From an uncultured Clostridia bacterium (lineage in GTDB: Bacteria > Bacillota > Clostridia > Christensenellales > UBA1242), in NCBI GenBank assembly GCA_944377415.1, contig CALWEW010000004.1, forward strand, positions 1,681 to 65,680: DNA of 64,000 nucleotides, written 5' to 3'. The notes beneath the pieces are model-generated. The model saw only the letters and a list, made by a program, of their open reading frames with translations. It was not told the DNA's origin and ran no database searches. Positions 57,800 through 64,000 of the stretch are shown piece by piece. Numbering within the stretch: the first letter of the stretch is position 1; each line of letters starts with the position of its first letter. The translations under genes were made by a program, and so were the position numbers.

Positions 57800-60700
57800 A
57801 TGGCTGAGATTAAAAAATTAAATTATGAAATCGGAGCAGATAAATCTACAATTACCATAGCCACGCAAAACTTACCTAAAGGCATAAAGCTAAAAAAGGC
57901 ATTGGTTACCTTGAAATCGGGCACTACATTGTCAGTAAATGATGCCTATAATGTAAAAACTATTATTGATGCTAAAACCATTTTATTAGACACAATACAC
58001 AGCATTACAAGTGGCGACATTATAAGAATAAATGTAACCGATGAGTTGCAAAATGTCTTAGAAAGCAAACAAGCACTAACGCTGTATTTTGAAAAGGTTA
58101 ATACTTCCTCATCAGATTTAAGTTTTACAAAGCCTAGCGATGATGAACGCGGTTCATATTCCAGTGATGTAGAATACATTTCAAAAGCTGAATATATCGC
58201 AAACGGTACGAGTCATAGCATAGACCTTGGCACTGCTGGACAGGCGAGTATAAACCTAAATACTGGTACTTTAAGTATTGTTCATCAAGATGTGCAAAGT
58301 GATAACAATGTACTGCCTTTGTCTATTTCTCATGTTTATAATTCGTTTGGCACAAAACTGCCTAGTGATGACAGCATTTCAAACTACTATGGTGATGGGT
58401 GGAAGTTGAATTTGGAACAATATTTGGTGGAAAAGACTATAAGTGTTTCGTTAGATAATGGAGAATCCAAGGAACAACCAACTGGCGAATATGAATACTT
58501 TGATGAAAATGGCAAAAAGCAGATTATTGTGGAGAAGTATTACTATACTACCGCAAACGAAATCGGCGGCAAAGAAAAGCATTATGTTGAGCGCACGGAC
58601 CCAAAACTTTCTATGAATTTAGACGGTGAGTTGCAATATAATAAAGGTACGGACACGGCTCCTAATATCGTACCTATTGAAACCGAATTGGAGGCTCCCA
58701 GCGGGCTAAAACTCGTTACTAAAAAGGCGGATGTAAAGGGCGCAAACCTAGTTGATGCAGAGCCTGACGAGTTGTTGCAGTTGAGAGAGCAATTAAAACA
58801 ATACACGCTTTCCAAAAAATCCATTGATAATAATATTAAAAGTAATAAAGAGCAACTATGTTATATGGCTCTAGCAAAAAAAGCCTTTGTCGATCAAATA
58901 GCAATTCAAATTGATTCTATTAATAATAATGAGAAAGATTTGAATTATCAAATTGATAATAGAGACTTGCTGTATTCTGCCAGCAAACAAGGAATAAGGG
59001 GAACACAATATGTAGACTATGGTAAAAAATATTTAGCAGAAAATAATAATGATATTGCCAATCCTAATATAAAGCATCTAATAAGTTATGGTTTGGGGAA
59101 TTATTTTTTATCTATTCCGTCAGTAAATATGACAAATGAGGATTATGAAGAAGGAGAGGGTGATACAGGTAGTAAAACATTACTTCAACATGATATTTCA
59201 TATGTAATCAATTATTGTGTAAATCAAAAAGAGCTTGAATACACATGGGGACCACAAAATAATGTCCAAATAAGTTGGAATAATTTAGATGATGTTCAAG
59301 ATTGTTTGATATTAAGGCAAAAACTTGTATTAGATAAAAACAACAACTTTTACAATACTTCTATAGACCAAGATGATATAAAAGTATTTTTAAATAGTTA
59401 TTTAGGGAATCAAGTTGTTGATGATTTGAAATTAACAGAAACTGTTTCAAATTTATTTAATGAAAATAACATTAATAACTCTTACACTCTAACATTGGGT
59501 TCAAAAGATATTTTATCCCTAGATATACAAATGCAATCATTAATTGATAATATTCTACTATCACAAGAGCAGTTAGAAGATTATGTAAAAAATATTGCAA
59601 AACTTAATAATCAAATTCATGCTTACGAGCGCCAAATACCGCAATTTTACTTGTATAACGACAGCGTAATCTATGGTTTTTCTCCAATTATTACAGAAAA
59701 ACTTGGAGATAACTCGCAAAGTAGTGGCACCGAAACAGCAAGCGCAAATTCTGCCGAAAATGAGACCAGCGAAATTGAATATACCACGATTCCCCACATC
59801 TACAGGTTAAATTATATTGCGGACACTTATGAAAATTCAATAGTAATTAACTACGAGAAAAATACGAATAAAATTGAAAATATTATCGATTCGCAAGATA
59901 ACTTAATTACCTTTGAATACAAAACAGTTAAAACGGATAATAACACCGAAGAAAACCACATTATTATTACCGATGCGCAAGACAAACAAATTACTTTCAT
60001 TTTGCAAGTTGATAGGCTCGCCAAAGTTAAATATAATGATGGCACAATTTCGCAATACATTTACGATAGTAATGGTAAATTAGTTGCAGCTGTTGGTGCA
60101 AATGGTATTGGTGCAAGATTTGATTATTATAAAAATAAAGTAAACGCTGTTAGAGAAATTTCTGCATTATCGAGCATACAAAATGGCAAAGCAGAGTTTA
60201 AGGATATACAATTTTCTTATAATGATTTAGATGCTTTTGATTATTCTGAACATTTTATAAATATTAGATATGAAAATTGTGATTCAACAAAAATTTCGAG
60301 TTTAAAGAAAACCACTCAAAATAGTGAAACTACAACCGAAGTTTTAAAAAGCCTAACCTATGTATTTGATAACAACGGGCGTGTGCGCACTGTTTATGAA
60401 AATTCTTTTGTAGAAAAGACTTTAAACGATGACAATGAAAGCGAAGATGATAAAAATGGCAATCCTAATATCAGCCCTGTAGTTAAATCTTTAGATTATG
60501 TTGCAAACAAAAAGCAAATTTCCGTTGAACCATTGTTAAACTCTAAAAACTATATGGATGATGTATGTTTTAAGGGGAATGCCATAATGCAAGTCCCAGC
60601 AAACTACTTTGGCAACGGACTACTTGAAGGCGATGAAATCTATTGCGGAGATGATATCTACTGCGAAAGTTATCCTGTGCATATGGACTTCCACTCATAT

Positions 60701-63700
60701 ACCACAGCGGACACTGATTTTAACCAATTCTTAACAGTTAGCACAACGCATTTAACTGAAATCAACAACCTAATTACAAACGCAACAAACCCTCAAACTC
60801 GCTTTGTCTTGGGCGGCTGGGCAAAAGCTGATTCCGCATTCGTTTTTAACCCTGATAATGACGGTAATATCAACGATTTCCCTGATTATATCAAAAACCG
60901 CAAGTTTGAATTGCGTGCAGAAATTACCTACACGGACACAACGACAGCAACCTTTAAAAAGTGCTTTGATTGGCTCAATACTGAGTGGCAATATTGTGCT
61001 GTACCGATTGAGTTCGATAAATCAAGAGAAATATCGAGTATCACATGTTATTTTGATTATTCAAATAACACAGTAACTGAAGATATACCTGCCTATTTTA
61101 CCGATTTTTCATTAAAAGAAGCGTCTTATGAAGAACGCACTTATAACAACAAGTTGTTAACCGAAGTAATTTCTAGCCACAGCAAGTGGAAACAAGTTTG
61201 CGAGTATGACGACAATGACAAACTCACAAAACTATATTACTACGACACTACCAACTCAACCGCCGAGCCTTTGGTAAACGAATTTTACTACAACAAAAAC
61301 GGCAAGTTATTCAAGACTATTGATTACAAAGGCATTGTTACCGAAAAAGTATTCAACGAAAATGGTATTGAAGTCCAGACTAAAAAATACCATAAAGACA
61401 ACCCTGCCGAAATTATGTATACTGAGCAGAAACTTGGCGAAAAAGGTGAAGTCTTGGCAGACTACAACGAACTTGGCGAAGAGATTAATAGTTATGAGTA
61501 TGTAGCGGGTACGGGCATTGTTTCTACTGTTGCAGACAAGCAAGGCAACAAAACCGCATACGGTTACGACACCAAAAACGGAACTTTACTGCAAATGTCT
61601 AGCGATGTGGACGGAGTGCCTAATACAAATACTTATGGCTACACTCTCAACTTTTTGACCAAAGTTTCACACAATGATTTTGATATTACCTACGACTACG
61701 ATAGCCGTGGCAGAATATCTAAAATTAAGGTAGCGGGTGGCGATTATTTAACATTTAATTATAGCGAAGACGGAATAAACAGCATAAGCACTGCAACATA
61801 TTCTAATAGCCAAAGTTTTAAAACAGTTACAGATAAAAATGGTAATGTTATTGAAGTTTATTATAGACCAGAACTTGATATCCCTTCAACTGCCGAAGGT
61901 TTGGAAACTCCTGATTATCAACTAATTTTACAAAACGTTTATGATACTCATGGCAATTTGATTGCGGTAAACGATTACGTTACTAACTCAACCACCGAAT
62001 ACACTTTGGATAAGTTTGGCAATACAACTTTGCAAGCGGACACACAGCACGGTGTAAGTGTACAAAAAGAAAATACTTTTGATGCGGACAACAATAATAC
62101 AGGTATTAAATACACTATCGGCACTGACACTCAAAACTACACCTACTCATATGACACCACAAAGCCAGAAAGCGTATTGAATGGTGTTACTTTACCAACG
62201 AGTGCTGTTCAAAGCATTAAAAACGATAACTTAGGAAGAACTAAAGAAATAGTTTTAAGCAATACTGTTAATAATGAAACCAAAACAAATACCCGCCTAT
62301 TCCATTACTTGAAAAACGGAGACCACACAAGCAATCTTGTATCTAGTATCTGGTTCGGTGATGATAATAAGTACCTTGACAATTTAAAATATAAGTACGA
62401 TGAAAAAGGCAATATTACAGAAGTTTATGAAAACTCAATACTTGTTGCTAGATACAAGTATGATAGTTTGAGTAGGCTCGTTCGTGAAGATAACTTCCCA
62501 TTGAGAAAAACTACCACTTGGGAGTACGATGCTGGCGGAAATATTTTTAACCGCAAAGAGTATACATACACTCTTAATGATGACTTGTCTAAATATGTGG
62601 ATGAAAGTTTACTAAATGATAACGAAACAAACAATAACACATATAATACATTTAAAACTATTCCATACTCTTATGCAAACAGTGGCATCCGTGATAGGCT
62701 TATAGGTTATGGTTCTAAACCTACGGAACAAAATAAGCAGTTTGAGTATGATGCGATTGGTAACCCTAAGATTTACCGTGGCAAAACATTCAAATGGAGT
62801 CACGGCAGACTACTAGATGCTATTGGTATCGGTTCGGATGAAAATTTTGTTCAGCAACACAGTTATACATACAATGCAAGTGGTATTCGTACAAGTAAAA
62901 CTATGACTATTCCACTAAAACAAGTTGAGGGACCTGCAGTTAATAGTCCTATGACCTTGGACTACTTCCTTGATGGCAATAAAATTATTTCGCAGCAAGA
63001 TGTGGCAAATAAAATGTTCTTTATTTATGGCGTGGATGGTATAGCCGGTTTTAGTATTCAATACAACAATACTGAGGTAACTTATTACTATAAGAAAAAC
63101 CTACAAGGAGACATCATAGGTCTATACAATAGTGCTATGGCTCTCATCGCAAAATACGAATATGATGCTTGGGGAAATCATATAGTTAAATATTTGGATA
63201 GTAGTGGTAATTTTGTTGCAACTGAATCAGATTTTTGCTATAATGACATTAGCAATATAAATAGGTTTATTGCAAATAAGAACCCTTTCCGTTATCGTGG
63301 CTACTACTATGATTTTGAAACAGGCTTATACTACCTAAATTCTCGCTACTATGATCCTGAGATTGGTAGGTTTATTAATGTAGATAATATAAATATAATT
63401 AATGCATTAAAATATTATAATAATGGAGTTAATTTATTTAGTTACTGTCTTAATAATCCTATTAGTTTCATAGATAATCTAGGAAACTATCCAGTTCAAA
63501 ATTATCAAATAATCAAAACTTTAATTGCTAAAGATTTTAATTTGACGGGTAATACTGCGAGTATGTATTATAGAAAACATTTGGTTAATAATTTTTTTGT
63601 AAGATTTTTAATTGGTGATATTAGTATCACACAAATTGTTAATCTACAAGAAAATAATAACTTATTCTATACTTCTACAAGCATAGGAAATGAAGGAACT

Positions 63701-64000
63701 TCTTATGGTGCTGGAATGAATTTAGGCAATTTATTAGGTATAGAATTTGTGGGTAATATTGGTAATGATTGGGTTAATAGTTCAATTGGAGTTAATTTAC
63801 AAATAACCTCTTTCATTAATATTGGAGCCTCTATAGGAATAACTGGTTTAGGTTTTAGCATAGGATTCAATAATGGAAATTCTACAACACAGTTAGATAT
63901 AAATATTGGTTGGGGTTCTATAGCCGCTGCTGCTGTGACTTTTGCAGGTATAGCCGCTATACCTATTCCCGGAATGAGAATTGTGGGAGCAATCGCTTCA
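57800..64000 (+). CDS. Rhs/YD-repeat polymorphic toxin (>2060 aa, 3' end outside window)
   Basis: Not in the ORF track (no stop in window). RBS AAGGAG, ATG 57800; INLNTGTL..LSISHVYNS..GDGWKLN, YD repeats, core NPFRYRGYYYDFETGLYYLNSRYYDPEIGRFINVD at 63281 (same frame as the start) and NLFSYCLNNPISFIDNLG. Confidence 0.92.
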   Translation, partial: MAEIKKLNYEIGADKSTITIATQNLPKGIKLKKALVTLKSGTTLSVNDAYNVKTIIDAKTILLDTIHSITSGDIIRINVTDELQNVLESKQALTLYFEKVNTSSSDLSFTKPSDDERGSYSSDVEYISKAEYIANGTSHSIDLGTAGQASINLNTGTLSIVHQDVQSDNNVLPLSISHVYNSFGTKLPSDDSISNYYGDGWKLNLEQYLVEKTISVSLDNGESKEQPTGEYEYFDENGKKQIIVEKYYYTTANEIGGKEKHYVERTDPKLSMNLDGELQYNKGTDTAPNIVPIETELEAPSGLKLVTKKADVKGANLVDAEPDELLQLREQLKQYTLSKKSIDNNIKSNKEQLCYMALAKKAFVDQIAIQIDSINNNEKDLNYQIDNRDLLYSASKQGIRGTQYVDYGKKYLAENNNDIANPNIKHLISYGLGNYFLSIPSVNMTNEDYEEGEGDTGSKTLLQHDISYVINYCVNQKELEYTWGPQNNVQISWNNLDDVQDCLILRQKLVLDKNNNFYNTSIDQDDIKVFLNSYLGNQVVDDLKLTETVSNLFNENNINNSYTLTLGSKDILSLDIQMQSLIDNILLSQEQLEDYVKNIAKLNNQIHAYERQIPQFYLYNDSVIYGFSPIITEKLGDNSQSSGTETASANSAENETSEIEYTTIPHIYRLNYIADTYENSIVINYEKNTNKIENIIDSQDNLITFEYKTVKTDNNTEENHIIITDAQDKQITFILQVDRLAKVKYNDGTISQYIYDSNGKLVAAVGANGIGARFDYYKNKVNAVREISALSSIQNGKAEFKDIQFSYNDLDAFDYSEHFINIRYENCDSTKISSLKKTTQNSETTTEVLKSLTYVFDNNGRVRTVYENSFVEKTLNDDNESEDDKNGNPNISPVVKSLDYVANKKQISVEPLLNSKNYMDDVCFKGNAIMQVPANYFGNGLLEGDEIYCGDDIYCESYPVHMDFHSYTTADTDFNQFLTVSTTHLTEINNLITNATNPQTRFVLGGWAKADSAFVFNPDNDGNINDFPDYIKNRKFELRAEITYTDTTTATFKKCFDWLNTEWQYCAVPIEFDKSREISSITCYFDYSNNTVTEDIPAYFTDFSLKEASYEERTYNNKLLTEVISSHSKWKQVCEYDDNDKLTKLYYYDTTNSTAEPLVNEFYYNKNGKLFKTIDYKGIVTEKVFNENGIEVQTKKYHKDNPAEIMYTEQKLGEKGEVLADYNELGEEINSYEYVAGTGIVSTVADKQGNKTAYGYDTKNGTLLQMSSDVDGVPNTNTYGYTLNFLTKVSHNDFDITYDYDSRGRISKIKVAGGDYLTFNYSEDGINSISTATYSNSQSFKTVTDKNGNVIEVYYRPELDIPSTAEGLETPDYQLILQNVYDTHGNLIAVNDYVTNSTTEYTLDKFGNTTLQADTQHGVSVQKENTFDADNNNTGIKYTIGTDTQNYTYSYDTTKPESVLNGVTLPTSAVQSIKNDNLGRTKEIVLSNTVNNETKTNTRLFHYLKNGDHTSNLVSSIWFGDDNKYLDNLKYKYDEKGNITEVYENSILVARYKYDSLSRLVREDNFPLRKTTTWEYDAGGNIFNRKEYTYTLNDDLSKYVDESLLNDNETNNNTYNTFKTIPYSYANSGIRDRLIGYGSKPTEQNKQFEYDAIGNPKIYRGKTFKWSHGRLLDAIGIGSDENFVQQHSYTYNASGIRTSKTMTIPLKQVEGPAVNSPMTLDYFLDGNKIISQQDVANKMFFIYGVDGIAGFSIQYNNTEVTYYYKKNLQGDIIGLYNSAMALIAKYEYDAWGNHIVKYLDSSGNFVATESDFCYNDISNINRFIANKNPFRYRGYYYDFETGLYYLNSRYYDPEIGRFINVDNINIINALKYYNNGVNLFSYCLNNPISFIDNLGNYPVQNYQIIKTLIAKDFNLTGNTASMYYRKHLVNNFFVRFLIGDISITQIVNLQENNNLFYTSTSIGNEGTSYGAGMNLGNLLGIEFVGNIGNDWVNSSIGVNLQITSFINIGASIGITGLGFSIGFNNGNSTTQLDINIGWGSIAAAAVTFAGIAAIPIPGMRIVGAIAS

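Larger units (their letters stand above)
31248..64000. mobile_element. Integrative conjugative element at tRNA-Thr (right end beyond window; left boundary 31248 or within the second tRNA)
   Basis: tRNA-adjacent tyrosine integrase and Xis, VirB4, VirD4, relaxase, ArdC-like gene; visibly more AT-rich than most upstream host genes. Confidence 0.92.

Noticed and set aside
57946-62803. Short ORFs on both strands within the last 6 kb
   Set aside because: Shadows of the long Rhs frame starting at 57800.

Overview
Window from a low-GC Gram-positive (Clostridia-like, probably spore-forming) chromosome. Bases 1-31.2 kb are host DNA: a PPDK homologue with several catalytic residues substituted, proS, gltX, a sufC/sufBD-like pair, AlkD-family, NUDIX and TPR genes, ykvI followed by a split and order-swapped glmU, a GT4-PlsC fusion, and large surface proteins whose intergenic spaces carry heptamer/REP-like repeats. 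At 31.2 kb a tRNA-Thr(GGT) gene is cut off just after its anticodon loop and a different, complete tRNA-Thr(GGT) follows 58 bp later. From there to the window end lies an AT-rich ICE: tyrosine integrase/excisionase, orphan DNA methyltransferase, small genes whose products share a C-terminal EM/EME tail, ArdC-like, a Mollicutes-ICE-like conjugation module (VirB4, VirB6-like, pilin, Ig-repeat protein, VirD4, MobL), and counter-oriented HEPN-like and Schlafen/AlbA_2 genes. A symmetric bidirectional promoter containing a LexA-like box separates the transfer arm from an HTH / phage-scaffold-like / holin-like / >2000-aa Rhs toxin arm that runs off the end. All family calls come from motif recognition by eye; no searches were run.
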